Shown here: positions 52,113 through 64,000 of the stretch, in pieces
Layout: each line of letters opens with the position of its first letter
How positions within the stretch are numbered: the stretch's first letter is position 1
Assembly (NCBI GenBank): GCA_044892505.1
Contig: CM097883.1
Span: 190,092,001-190,156,000, forward strand
Origin: Schmidtea nova
Taxonomy: Eukaryota
Length of the DNA stretch: 64,000 nucleotides
Reading direction: 5' to 3'
The notes under the pieces: generated by a model
The model's database searches: none
The model's input: the letters and a program-made list of their open reading frames with translations, nothing else
What the model was told of the DNA's origin: nothing
Made by a program: the position numbers and the translations under genes

Positions 52113-52198
52113 GAAACCGCGATATTTAAACAAATCTCAGTTTTTGCCCAACAGAATGACATAGATGTATTGATTTGCAAATATAATTATTTCGGGAT

Positions 52199-52339
52199 NN
52201 NNNNNNNNNNNNNNNNNNNNNNNNNNNNNNNNNNNNNNNNNNNNNNNNNNNNNNNNNNNNNNNNNNNNNNNNNNNNNNNNNNNNNNNNNNNNNNNNNNNN
52301 NNNNNNNNNNNNNNNNNNNNNNNNNNNNNNNNNNNNNNN
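52199..52339. other. Assembly gap (N run); a second gap is at 53743-53914
   Basis: N runs flank both ends of the Tc1-like element. Confidence 0.99.
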
Positions 52340-53742
52340 CAGATTTTTTTCAAATGAATTCAGAATATTTTCAAATGAAATCAGAATTTTTTCAAATGAA
52401 TTCAGAATTTTTTCAAACGAAATCAGAACTATTTTAAACGAAATCATAATTTCTTAAATAAATATGGGAACTTTTTAATTGAATTCAGAATTTAAATGGT
52501 TAATGAAATATTATATACACTTAAATGAAATCATGATTGAGTAAAAATTGGTAGTTAAAACTTTTAATCAGAATTCTTCTCTTCTTACCGCCTTTAATGC
52601 AAACCTTCTCGTGTCGTTGAAAAATCCGATACAATCCTCCGTGGTTATCGAATTGTGTCCCATTTCAATAGCGTTTTTTAACTCGATTACATTTAGAACA
52701 TTAGCCGATTTGACAATTGATTTCCATTTCGAGAAACACTCTTCAATCGGATTTAATTGCGGCGAATAGGGTGGTAAAAAGCGTAACGTAAATCCAGAAT
52801 TATTGATCAAATCGCGTACACCAATACTTTTATGTATTGTACAATTATCCATTATAATCGTACCTGTCGATATTCCTTTCGATCGCAGATTTCCTATAAA
52901 TTGAGAGACAAAATTTTCAAACTTCTCTGCATTGTATCCACCTTCTACAACTTCAAAATTCAAAATCGACGTTTTGCTGATTGCTGCGCACACTGAATAG
53001 TTTTTACTTCGTATACTTCTCACTTCTTTCCGAGCAGGCGATCCTACTTCGCTTCGTCCATATCCCAATCTCATCGAGCAATTGAAACCGCTTTCATCAA
53101 GAAAAAAGACATGGTCCTCGTTTAATGCCAAATATTCATTGGCATACTCATACCTGCGCTCAATAGCTTCCGCAGTGTTGCGAGCAGCTACTCGTTTAAA
53201 AGAGAAATTAAAGTCCTTGATCGACCTATGAATTGTGGCCAACGATACGTTAACATTCATAGACTCACTCAAACTTCTTTTCATACATCTCAACGGAGTA
53301 GAACAATCATCGGAAATTTTTTCTTTTAAAAAAACTAAATGCTCTTTGCTCAATTTTTTGGACTTGCACCCTCTATCTTCGTTTTTATCAATTCTTCCTG
53401 TCGTTTTGTAAATGTTAATAATACTATAAACAGTTTTATAGTTCATAACGAGATCTGCAGCAATTTTTTTTACGCTTTGGCCGGAATCAAATTTGATACA
53501 TATAAGTTTTCTCGCAGCATTGCTCAATTGCGATTTTGTTGTTGGAGGTGTCATATGGTTATTAATTTTGAAAAATATTAATATTTTATGGATATTGTAT
53601 ATACATATTTGAATTTGATTTCGTTTAAAATAGTTCTGATTTCGTTTGAAAAAATTCTGAATTCATTTGAAAAAATTCTGATTTCATTTGAAAATATTCT
53701 GAATTCATTTGAAAAAAATCTGATTTCAATTGAAAAACCCTG
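52340..53742 (-). mobile_element. Tc1/IS630-type DNA transposon with long TIRs made of 21-bp subrepeats
   Basis: 52340-52450 is the reverse complement of ~53615-53722. The right end ...aattgaaaaaccctg (CAGGG terminus) abuts the gap. Confidence 0.9.
52568..53554 (-). CDS. Intact 328-aa DD34E Tc1/IS630-family transposase
   Basis: N-terminal HTH motifs. Catalytic FLDESGF, IMDNCTIH and LPPYSPQLNPIE, with 34 residues counted between the second D and the E. Confidence 0.93.
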   Translation of the reverse strand: MTPPTTKSQLSNAARKLICIKFDSGQSVKKIAADLVMNYKTVYSIINIYKTTGRIDKNEDRGCKSKKLSKEHLVFLKEKISDDCSTPLRCMKRSLSESMNVNVSLATIHRSIKDFNFSFKRVAARNTAEAIERRYEYANEYLALNEDHVFFLDESGFNCSMRLGYGRSEVGSPARKEVRSIRSKNYSVCAAISKTSILNFEVVEGGYNAEKFENFVSQFIGNLRSKGISTGTIIMDNCTIHKSIGVRDLINNSGFTLRFLPPYSPQLNPIEECFSKWKSIVKSANVLNVIELKNAIEMGHNSITTEDCIGFFNDTRRFALKAVRREEF

Positions 53743-54269
53743 NNNNNNNNNNNNNNNNNNNNNNNNNNNNNNNNNNNNNNNNNNNNNNNNNNNNNNNNNN
53801 NNNNNNNNNNNNNNNNNNNNNNNNNNNNNNNNNNNNNNNNNNNNNNNNNNNNNNNNNNNNNNNNNNNNNNNNNNNNNNNNNNNNNNNNNNNNNNNNNNNN
53901 NNNNNNNNNNNNNNATATTCTATAGCCCCTTTATCATTTATATTAAACTAAGATATATTTGCTGTAAGAGATCAATCAAATATTAGATTCTATCATACAA
54001 TATTCTACTCATAAATATAATATTATTTATTGAAAATTATTGATCAATTATCAATCATTTAATCATTACAGGCAAATGTAAATTAAGTTAACATAAATAA
54101 ATATTAATTATGTTTAATGAAAGCAAATCATATAGTAGCATGAAATATGTATATAAAGCAAAATATTGCAAAACAAAAGATACGATCATTTTATCGTCAG
54201 ATGAATTTGAATTGCAACAAGTGTTTGAATCGGTCTAACGGATAGGTTTCCCGTTGATAGCATAGAACA

Positions 54270-56091
54270 ACATGATGACTCATTTGACACTACAGAAGAA
54301 TGTGAGTCTTCAGAAAAAGAAAGTGAAAACGAGAATATTTTGAATATACGTAGAGGACAAAAGAGAAAAAAAAGACCGTTATCGAGTTCAGAAAATAAAA
54401 GTGAAGTGGAAGACCAGTGTATTGAAATTGCGGTTGATGGTACAGTTTGGCAAGAAATAGAACCTGGCTCAACATCTGGACGACCGTCAATTTATAATAT
54501 TTTTAGGGACAACATTTACCAAACAAAATATTATGAAGGGCAAAGTGAGAACTGCATTTTCTTTGCTTATTGACAATATTGTAATGGAGCAGATAAGAAA
54601 ATGCACAGAAGAAGAAGCCTCTCGAGTATTGGGAACTAAATGGAATCCTACTCCTGCAAAACTAAATGCATTTATTGCAATTTATTGCTCTTCCATATGC
54701 ACGTGGCGCATATCAGGCAAACAATTTGAACATCTCATATCTTTAGAACAATAAATAGGGTCCTGCCTTTTTTCAAAAACCATGAGCAGGAGATAAATTT
54801 GTAAAATTATGGGGATTATCAGGTTTGATAAAAAGTTAACGAAGTCAGCGTTTTCAAAAAGTTAAATTTACTCTAATCTCTGAAGTATGGTACAAATTCA
54901 TGAGAATAGCCAAAATTGTTACAAGCCTGGGGAACATGTAACTACAGATGAACAGCTTTTCCCAACTAAAGGAAAGTGTAGGTTAAGGCAATATATGCCG
55001 AACAAACCGGATAAATTTTCTATCAAATTCTGGCTAGCATCTGACGTCAGCACCAAATTCATTATAAATGCATTTCCATATTTGGGAAAAGATGAAAACA
55101 GAGGAGCTTCATCTCTCAGGGAAATTCGTTGTTCTCAAACTACCGGAACCGTTCATAGGATGCGAAAGAAGCGTCACTACAAATAATCTTTTACTATCGC
55201 ATCACTAGCTGCAAAACTACTAGGAAAAAAGAACCACTATTGTTGGAACTATTCGCGGAAATAAAAGAAAACTACCAAAATTCGCGAAAGATGGTATGCT
55301 ACGCTTTTCAACAAAACTATATAAATCGAGTCATTGTTCACTCACCATTTACAAAAGTAAGCCAAACAAAAAAGTGCTTCTAATAAGCTCAAAGCTTAAA
55401 TTTATAAGCATCGAAAAAATGGTAAGCGTATACCTGAAACGATCAAATTCTACAATAGTACTACATACGGTGTAGACATAACGGATCAGATGGCAAAAAA
55501 ATACTCCGTGAAATCGAAATCACAAAGATGACCTGCACAGATTTTCTTCAATATTCTTGACCTGGCTGTAATCAACTCATGGGTTTTATACCTAGAAAAA
55601 ACCGCCGAAAAAATATCTAGACAACAATTTTTATTCTAATTAACTGAAGAACCTGCCGAAAATTTTCAACATGAACAATAGGAAGAAAAAGAAATTATCA
55701 AAAAAAAACAAGTTCGGATTCTTGTGTGCATATGCGAAAAAGATACCAAATAAGTTTTTGCAAAGAAAACAAAACTACAAAAATCTGTTTCAAATGCAAC
55801 AAATATATTTATGGAAAATGTGACTTCGAGAACCCAATAATTTGCAAAATATGCGGTGAACACGAATGAAGTATTATTTTTGATTGAATAAAATTTGAAT
55901 GAATAATGTATTATTTTTATGTTTTTTAAATTTAATAATTAAACAATTTTGAATCATTATTTGAAAAATTGTTTTATTCATGTACCAAATTGTGCTAAAT
56001 GATATACTTTTCGCTATACATAGTAATATATTTAACATTTTAAAGAAGGGTCACTTGACCCGCTTTAATAGGAATAGTATCTGTAGGTTAA
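54270..56091 (+). mobile_element. piggyBac (PGBD4-like) transposase pseudogene with a right terminus ending in TTAA
   Basis: Motifs TTDEQLFPTKGKCRLRQYMPNKPDKF.IKFW, VTTNNLF, VGTIR.NKR, YNST.YGVDITDQM and FFNILDLAVINS. A Cys-rich tail CFKCNKYI.GKC..CKIC ends at ~55869. The terminus gggtcacttgacccg...ctgtagg is followed by TTAA (56088-56091). The left TIR was not found. Confidence 0.9.
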
Positions 56092-57499
56092 GTGTTAAAT
56101 ATGACTTTTATGCTTGTTTTATTAAATATAACTTGTATATCATTTTTATTAATTTAATTTAAAATTTAGATAAAAATTAAGATGATGATCTACCGAGCTG
56201 CAACTCCAACATCATCTGTGCATATAGATGTGAAAGTTGTAGCTATAGGACACAAAAATATCACAAATGGTTACACCGTAAAGCACTAAAAATTGTAAAA
56301 TAAATAAATGTTTTAGTTAAAAATTTGTTTGTTTTCGTTTATTTGTTTGACTTGTATGTCATGTTTTATTAAATATGACTTTTAGATCATTTTTAGTCTT
56401 TCTTTTTTAATTAAAATAATATATCTTTAATACTAGTATGTCTTTTTTATTGAAGACTTGTTTTTAGTAGACTTTTAATTTAGTTACAGTATTTTTAGTT
56501 AGAAAAATAAAAATAATAATATTATTATTATTAATAATAATAATAGTATTAACAATAATAACAATAGCATTCAAGTTGCAGTAGAGATATTATTCATATA
56601 CACACTTGCACATACTACACATGTGCAATGAATATGATTGGCTGCAAACAGACCATGACAAGTATAAATAACAGAACAAAATTAGTCATAATCATAAAAT
56701 GTAATCTATTTTCAGTAACCAGAAATCTAGTCAAATTAAAAGTGGAGATTCATTGAAAATTAAATCAGTTCAAACCAAAAATAATTTCAGACATGTTCAA
56801 ATTTTTCACGATTATCAAATATTTTTCTTAGTAAATGAAATCCCATTCAAGTTCTCATGTCCAGTAAAATTGTCGAATTCACAATATTCAAACTTAATCG
56901 GTCAGCTCTATAAAAAAGATGTTGATGAAAATCAACAAAAAATTATCATGCAATGAAACAATATTTATCAACAACAGAAAAACCTATTTCATGATGCATT
57001 TCAATCCATTGAATTTATGGATAGTGAAAATTTGTTTAGTGATAAATCGATTAAATGTTAATATAGATCCAATAGAATCATTGTTTCCAATTTGGAAGAT
57101 CAACAGTGCTAGAATTGTTTAATGTATTTTTATAAATGTTGATAATATCATTTTACACTTTTCATGTATTTTGAAATTTTAAAATAATTTTGAACATGAC
57201 TTTACAGTCCTTGAAACAAAAATATACTATTAAGTCACTGATTACGTAAAATATTTTCAAGGTGTTCGGAAAAGGAGGGGTGTGTGCAAAAAATTGCCCC
57301 GAGAGTAGATCGCCCAATTTTGATTGGTTATGACTCATAAAATACGTAATTTCTTTCTCCACATTTCTCCCGACTAGCTAACTTAATTCTAAATTTATTT
57401 AATAGTTCAATATTCAAAGTTTTTGCACATAAAACTTTAACTACTGAAATTTTTATTTTTAATTATTCCAATAACACATTTCATCTGTATCCAACAATC

Positions 57500-58200
57500 A
57501 ATTTTTCCAAAAATCATTAACTTTTATTTTTAAACTTGGTCAACATTCCATTTTGTCTAATACTATACGTTGCTTGTTGCACTTTTAAACTTTCATAATT
57601 ATAGATATCATCTTCATACTTTACGAAATTGATACTAATAGAAAAGTCTACTTATCTCTCATTGCAAGATTTAATAATTTTATTATTCAAAACTCTTTAA
57701 ACCTTATGACTCTTACTTTTAAAAATATTGATTCATTTTTTAAAATATAAACACCTATGTACAGATAATTTATTAAAAGTTTTAACAATAAAACTTCTAA
57801 CTAAAATATTATTATCATTACTACTTCTATAAATACTTTTAAATTTATTACTACATTTACCTCAAATATTTCCAATATTAAATAGATTATTACAAATTAT
57901 TGCATTGCTTCAATCACCTCATCTACCGAAGGAGCTTTTGCTTTTGTACATCCTGACATGTTAAAAACGTCATCATTGTTATCATTTCCCACGTTTCTTT
58001 ACCTAAAATTATATTTCTGCCCAGCCAAATAATTTTCTTCACCTAAAATTTTTTCAATTTTTTTCTCCAAATTTTCAGAACTTTTTACTTTTGTTCTATG
58101 AAAATCAGATTTTGCGATTGCGAATTTGGTAATTTTTTGCTGGGAATTTCATTTTATACAGTGAAGTTGGCAATGCTGTGAGTTTATTACCTAAAATTTT
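57500..58200 (-). mobile_element. Possible non-LTR (LINE) RT relic, probably continuing at ~62400-63900 on the other side of the LTR element
   Basis: KAKAPSVDEV resembles LINE K.PG.DG. YEDDIY resembles YADD. The minus strand is A-rich and heavily decayed. Confidence 0.3.
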
Positions 58201-58774
58201 CCAGTTTGAAAGTTATTTTCAAAATTGACATTTATTAATAATTGCATTAAACAGAAAAAAATGCAACAAAAAATGCAAATTAATAGATTTAGTACATAAC
58301 TAATATGATTTAACTTTAGAAATTTAATTAATATCTTAATAAGTGAATAATTGCCCACATAAAATTTCTGCCACTCATGTTGTGACAAAAATAGAGAGAA
58401 CGTTGATCATATCCTACATCGACCAGTTGTTATTTGAATAAATCATATGTACTGATTGTTTTCTACTAAAACTTACTGATTTTTGATTTTCTAGTCTTTC
58501 TTGTCCTGAAGAATAAAAATTACTTTTCCTGTCTCTTTATTGGTAGTTCAGATGTTCTTTTTTACTGCAATAAAAGCACAACATATTTGGCATTCATTTC
58601 TTAAGTGAATTTGTGATAAAAAATGTTTGAAATAAAGCTCGATTCAACGTTTATTCTTTATTACAAGATTCTTTTTCAAATTATGTTTCTCTTTGAAAAT
58701 CACTCGATATAAACAAATCTTTTTTCTTTTAAATTGATTATCTAAAATAAATTAATTATCACATTCCCCCGTGA

Positions 58775-61505
58775 TCAGTACGACGAATCCAACGCGTACT
58801 GATCAAAATAGGAAGACTTCCTTCGGTTGCGAGCCAAGCGCGTGTCTTCCTCACTCTCTTCTGGACTTCTGATGTCAACCTGATTGTCTTCAAATTCGCA
58901 TTCGACATCGCTGGATTCGATAGGTTGATTTGGCAACACTCGGATGTCTGCAACATGACGCGGTAATCCGTCAACCTCTACGTTGGTAGGTGAATTATTG
59001 CCAGTGATGATTCCACTGGACCACTGATCACTGCATTTGGTCGGAACTGGCTTTATAACAACATTCTGACCAGTTTTAAATTTACTAGATACTACGCACT
59101 CCTCCTCGACATCTCTGTGAAATTTCCATTGGTACTTACATAGCCCCTCTGATGGAGCTGTACTCTGATTCTTCGAGTCTTTGGGTGCCATGTTATACCA
59201 ATAAACAATGTCCCGTGGGTCTGAGCGACTCCTGGTTGTATGGGATTTTATTGTCCGGTGGTTTCTCTCCACGATCCCATTCCCAGATGGACGGTAGGCA
59301 CATCTGTATGTCGGCTTTACATCCCATCTACAGCATAAATCTTGTAAAGATTTAGAATGAAAACTAGGCCCATTGTCCATGAGTAGCTCACAAGGCGGAC
59401 CTCTCTCTCGAAACACTTCTTCAAGATTTTTCACAATATTTTGTGCATCTTCATATGGTATCCTTCTCCAAATGGCAAATCTGCTAGGCCCACAATCAAC
59501 GATAGTCAAGAAAATGGATCCTTCGTAGTGCGTTACATCTACAGCTAGTCTTTCCCAATTTTTATCGACCCCTAATGATCCATTTTCCCACTTAATTGGC
59601 GACGGATCGATAGATTTGCATTCAATACAATTTCTTACCACATTTTTTATGACGTCTCGTGGGGTGTCTGGGTTTTCTAACTGAATGAAATAAATAGATT
59701 TTCCAGACCAAAATGGTGTTTGTTGTGACGGTTCCTTACTTGTTCTGACGATAAGCCCACGCAGCCAAAGGACGCTCTAGACTTCAACCACCTCTTTGGA
59801 ACGCGTGTCAGTATATCTGCTCGGTTTTCCGCTGATTTCACCAATTGCACCTGAGTAAGAATTCTTTCATTCTCGATAATCTCTTTTATTATTCCCAAGT
59901 GACGTCTAATCAGAGTCTCTGAAATTCCATGGACACGAATCTTACATTCATTGTTAAGAACTGTTCTCAACCAGCCTATTACCATCGCCGAATCCACCAT
60001 CAGCTCGATTTTTTTAACGCCCCATTTGATTGCTAAGTTTACGCCTTTAAGAACTGCATCGAGCTCAGCGACGTTTATATGTGAATGATCATCACTTTTC
60101 CTGAGCCAAGTTGCATCCTCCACGACGTGGCCATTTATCACTAATACGACACCCAGTGCTAAACTGCTAGCATCACACCATAAAATACAGTGATCCCTAA
60201 TGTTTACAGTCCAGCTTCCTTTGACTGGATCGTCCAGTTCAATGAGACTCATCACTTCAGTCAATCTCGATTCGCACTCTGCTCCGACGAGATGATCCCA
60301 ATTTGTACCATCCGCAATTCTCTTGATAAAACTGCAAGCCACTCTGAGCCACTTGCGACCGAATAATGCCCAATAAGCTTTCCACAAATAGAAAACAATT
60401 TACGCCGAGTAACTTTACCTTCAATTGGGTCAACTATATTTCCTCTTGACCATAACAGGTTACCGTGACAATTGCGTTCAAGTTTTAAACCGAGAACCTT
60501 TGTATCCACTAACAGTTCCGCTGGCTTCGGTACTAACCCATATAGAGCCAAATGTTTCACCACTTCATTGATACTGACCAAAGTCGTGTTAACAGCTATG
60601 TCATCGATGTAGTGATCTGTCGCATTCAGGATTCGCAAATCGAGACTCAGCACCTTTCTTAACACTAATGATATTATTTTTGGAGCACAACTAAGACCAA
60701 ATCCTAGTCTTGTAAGATAATACGTCTTCTTTTTGTAGCGAATTCTTTGGAATTCCCAAAGATCTTTGCTTACATGCAACTGTAGATAAGCATTTTTTAG
60801 ATCAAGCATCAATAGCTGTTCTCCCATCTGTCTCCATCGTTTTAGGCTCTCACCACAAACATCACTATCGCCAGTGTGACTCTTCACAAATTCATTGAGT
60901 TCACTAAAGTCAAGAACGGGTCGAAATGTTCCTTTGTTTTATTGTATTGGAGCTGAAGAGGAAGAATTCTGCAGCCGGTTTCTTCAGCGGGGTTTAGCCA
61001 GCCTTCCATTATCCACCGCTCTACTTCAACTTCATATTCTTGTCGCGCTTCAGGCTTAATTGCGCCATTTCCAAGATATTGTCCACTTGTCTCCGTCAAA
61101 ACTTGCAGCGAAATCCTCATCGTCGATTTTCACTTGTTCTTGAACTAAAGCCGGCATGGATACTCGAGTGCATTCACCAAATTGTACTCCATAATTGTCA
61201 ATTGAGACACCCCGAAGGCGTTCAATCGCATCGAGACCTAAAATAACATCCACTCCGGTTACAAGATTCGACATTATTAAGCAATTTAACAAAAAACTTG
61301 TTCCTCGAACAGATAAATGACACTGACTCTCTCCTTCATAGTGGACTCTTCTACCATCTACTGCAACAACAACTCTGGATTCACCACTTCCTTCTGCACA
61401 GATACGGGAAACAATGATTTGCGAACATCCAGAATCGACTAGTCCAGTGCACGATCTTCCATTCACTCTGAGTCTGACAAGTACTTGCGCCATCCCTGAC
61501 ATCAC
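58775..61505 (-). pseudogene. pol: Pol (protease, RT, RNase H, integrase) broken by several frameshifts
   Basis: PR: LVDSGCSQ. RT: LDLKNAYLQL, LGFGL, YIDDI. RH: WCDASS, INVAELDA. IN: H..H...CIEC, LAVDVTH, LMDNGPSF, GIVERNHR. These are spread over 5 ORFs. Confidence 0.93.
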
Positions 61506-62188
61506 TTAGAAACCGCTGGCTTTCCAGTTTCTCTTCTGGCGTTTCCCTGTGCGTTTGAAGAGCATTGTCTCGACGAATGCCCTTTGATTCCACATGTCCA
61601 ACACTCTTGAAAGAGGCATTTATTTTTGAAATGTCCGGATTTTCCACATCCGTAGCAAAGTTTGACTTCTTTACCCAGCGCAGAACCACTTCCTTTCACT
61701 GCAATTAGACCAGTGGAGCCATTTTGTTCTGATATTAGTGCTCGAGCTTGTCGAACAACTTCTGAGAGATTCATTTCGAAGATCCTTGCTGAAGTTCTGA
61801 GTTGGTGGGAAACCATTGATGGAAGTCCGACTACAAATGCTCTCTTGAGAAGCCCATCATCATTTATTCCAGCCAGCGTAGCTAATCGCTGCAGATCTGC
61901 GAGAAAAACATCAACTGGCTCACCATTCCACAGACTATTGCGAAATGTGTCATATGCCTGGAATCCATCCATTGAAAAGGCATCTGTTAGGGATTTTTTA
62001 ATTGCGTCGATGTTTTCTTTGTCCTTCTCCGTCAGGAGATCATAAACAAGAAAAGCTGGTCCATCAATCAGTAATGGGAGAACGAAGACCAAATCTTCGA
62101 TTTTTTGATGCTTGGCCACTAACTTCAGCTTCTTAAGCCAAGTTGAAAACTCACCTACTCCATCGTAGGGCTTGATAAAATTTTGCAT
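61502..62188 (-). CDS. gag: Gag with two CCHC zinc knuckles
   Basis: CYGCGKSGHFKNKC and CWTCGIKGHSSRQC. The ATG is 22 nt after the 5' LTR. Confidence 0.9.
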   Translation of the reverse strand: MQNFIKPYDGVGEFSTWLKKLKLVAKHQKIEDLVFVLPLLIDGPAFLVYDLLTEKDKENIDAIKKSLTDAFSMDGFQAYDTFRNSLWNGEPVDVFLADLQRLATLAGINDDGLLKRAFVVGLPSMVSHQLRTSARIFEMNLSEVVRQARALISEQNGSTGLIAVKGSGSALGKEVKLCYGCGKSGHFKNKCLFQECWTCGIKGHSSRQCSSNAQGNARRETGKPAVSK

Positions 62189-64000
62189 CTAGATTATAGC
62201 CGCGAAAGCTTGTGATAAAAAATGTTTGAAATAAGGCTCGATTCAACGTTTATTCTTTATTACAAGATTCTTTTTCAAATTCTGTTTCTCTTTGAAAATC
62301 ACTCGATATAAACAAATCTTTTTTCTTTTAAATTGATTATCTAAAATAAATTAATTATCACAGAATTTCTTCTCTACGTGCCCAATATAATTGCTGGTAC
62401 AATTTGAATTTGTGCATTCTTTAATAAGATGCTTTCTTGGCCACAAGAGTAACAATATTGCGCTCTTTTCTGTATTCTCTGTTGCTATCCTCAATATTCT
62501 TTTAATTACAAAATGTAATTTGTTTTCTTTGCCTTCTTTGTCTTTCTACAAATTCTTCTCCACAGTATCTGATTCTAATTTTTGAATGACAGCTTTAATT
62601 TCTTCTACTATTCTTGCGTCTCACATTTAGATCACATTTTTATTCTTTTTCCTTAACACAATGAAGTAAAGTATATCATACCAATTCTTTTCCATTCAAT
62701 CTTTTTCATTAATTTATTTACAATTTTCCCGTCTTATCACAAAAAATTAATGATGAATCAGTATTCATCTCATTGTTGAAAATTTCTAATAAATCTTCCA
62801 TAAGCGATGACGGTTTCAAAAATGCTTCTTTTAACATTTTTTAAATCTGTGGGCTTTATCTTCAACACCTTCATATATATTGGCAGTAAATATGTTCTTA
62901 TAATATATTCTTATACTAATACCAACAAACACACCTACACACGCACACTAATAAACAACACGTTTATTATTATCATTGACATCTGCGGTTAGAAAAATTG
63001 AAAGTCATAGATAGAATTGTTACTTTTCCTAGTTCCTGAAATGAAAATAATGAAGATGAGCAAGATGATGCTTGGTATTGTCATGATAACACATGAAGAT
63101 TATTTCAATACAATTGTTAATGAATAGATTCTCTTTACAGTTAATTGATCGACTATTGTTTTTTACACATAAGAATATTAATAATAACGTTGAATTCTGA
63201 TCATTAGTTATTTTTTAACGAATTTGTTATTATGAAGATTAGTATGTCTATTTTCGACGAACATGTTATGCCATCAGTCAGAGTTAGTTTTTCGCTTGCA
63301 GTGGTTAATTTTCGTCATGCATTCAATTGGTGTTGGTGTTGATTTCTGAGTTCTGAAGACTAACCTTTGCTTTCTGCCGATGTTTTTTCAACACCACCTA
63401 AATTTTATCATTTATAAAAACATTTACTTTTCTCCGAATTGTGCCTTATACGGTACGATTATTTCATTATTATAAATTTGCATTAGGACTCGATTTGTTT
63501 TGTTATTAAGGTATACTATTTCATATTGAACTCCTACTTTTGACTATTGATTGTTCGTATAGGGGTTATTATCATGAATAGGTTTTTCCTAATCGTTTAT
63601 TAAAAGACCATAAGTGAGATTTACCTGTAGATTCCCCTGCTTGACAAAAAATTTTCTATTACTCAATGTCTCAATTGTCTGGTCTTGAAGAATGATTTTG
63701 ATTTTCTGTTGTTCTTTGCCTGTCCAATATATATAAATTTTCTTTATCATCGGTTCGATTTCAACGAGATTCATCTACTCTTTTTTCCACATGTGAATTT
63801 GTGTTAGCTTTTACACAAGCATTCTTTCCTTATAAAATCAGAAACGGAATTTGACCCTTAGTCCTTTAAAAAATTTAAATCTTTACTCATCTCTTTTTCT
63901 TCCCAAACGATCTTAAAAAATTAAATCAAATAAATTCAAAATACACTAGGCCTTTTTGTTCAATACCGCTGCGAATTTTGAATGTTATTAAATTCATTTT

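Larger units (their letters stand above)
58612..62362 (-). mobile_element. Compact Ty3/gypsy LTR retrotransposon (3751 bp); LTRs 58612-58763 and 62211-62362; TSD GAATT
   Basis: The 152-bp TG...CA LTRs differ at 2 positions and have 8-bp terminal inverted repeats tgtgataa/ttatcaca. GAATT flanks both sides. The PPT gggggaa lies next to the 3' LTR. Domain order is gag-PR-RT-RH-IN. Confidence 0.97.

Noticed and set aside
9734-53554. Genome-wide TAA/TAG = Gln genetic code
   Set aside because: The long ORFs (576-aa MULE part, 328-aa Tc1, spliced SERBP1-like gene) use CAA/CAG and contain no internal TAR codons, which is unlikely in AT-rich DNA under that code.
13711-53742. CRISPR-like arrays (50-, 41- and 21-bp periodic repeats)
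   Set aside because: These are head-to-tail tandem units without unique spacers, there are no cas genes, and the context is eukaryotic.
61540-61550. GGGAAAC slippery heptamer at the gag end as a programmed -1 frameshift
   Set aside because: The -1 frame reaches TAA before the protease. A single indel in an originally continuous gag-pol explains the break better.
106-63774. Most remaining 60-170-aa ORFs in the track (for example 2711..3217, 31543..31815, 31914..32252, 52126..52457, 53588..53986, 61662..62045)
   Set aside because: They are antisense shadows of real ORFs, low-complexity F/I/L/K-rich chance frames, or frames running through N gaps.

Overview
Very AT-rich eukaryotic DNA with GT-AG spliceosomal introns of about 46-55 nt and many transposons. 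The organism cannot be determined from the sequence. One convincing host gene was reconstructed: a SERBP1/HABP4 (Vig/Stm1-like) RGG RNA-binding protein on the minus strand. It has 7 phase-compatible exons from 32451 to 9734 (about 587 aa) and a 16.8-kb and a 4-kb intron. These introns hold a mariner with a nested Ty3/gypsy element, hAT relics, actin and ubiquitin pseudogenes, perfect palindromes and a nearly intact MULE transposase. Upstream lies a kinase-less Raf-like RBD+C1 ORF (one in-frame TAG) enclosed by pogo/Tigger-like TIRs. The 36-52 kb region is an unclassified composite repeat family with ~1-kb inverted arms, a ~2.7-kb direct duplication, repeated promoter-like motifs and an orphan coiled-coil ORF. 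It also carries three copies of a ~235-nt element whose stems show compensatory base changes, a candidate undescribed structured RNA. The right end has an intact DD34E Tc1/IS630-type transposase, a decayed piggyBac and a compact 3.75-kb Ty3/gypsy element with 152-bp LTRs and a 5-bp TSD. All alignments and family assignments were made by eye; no database search was run.
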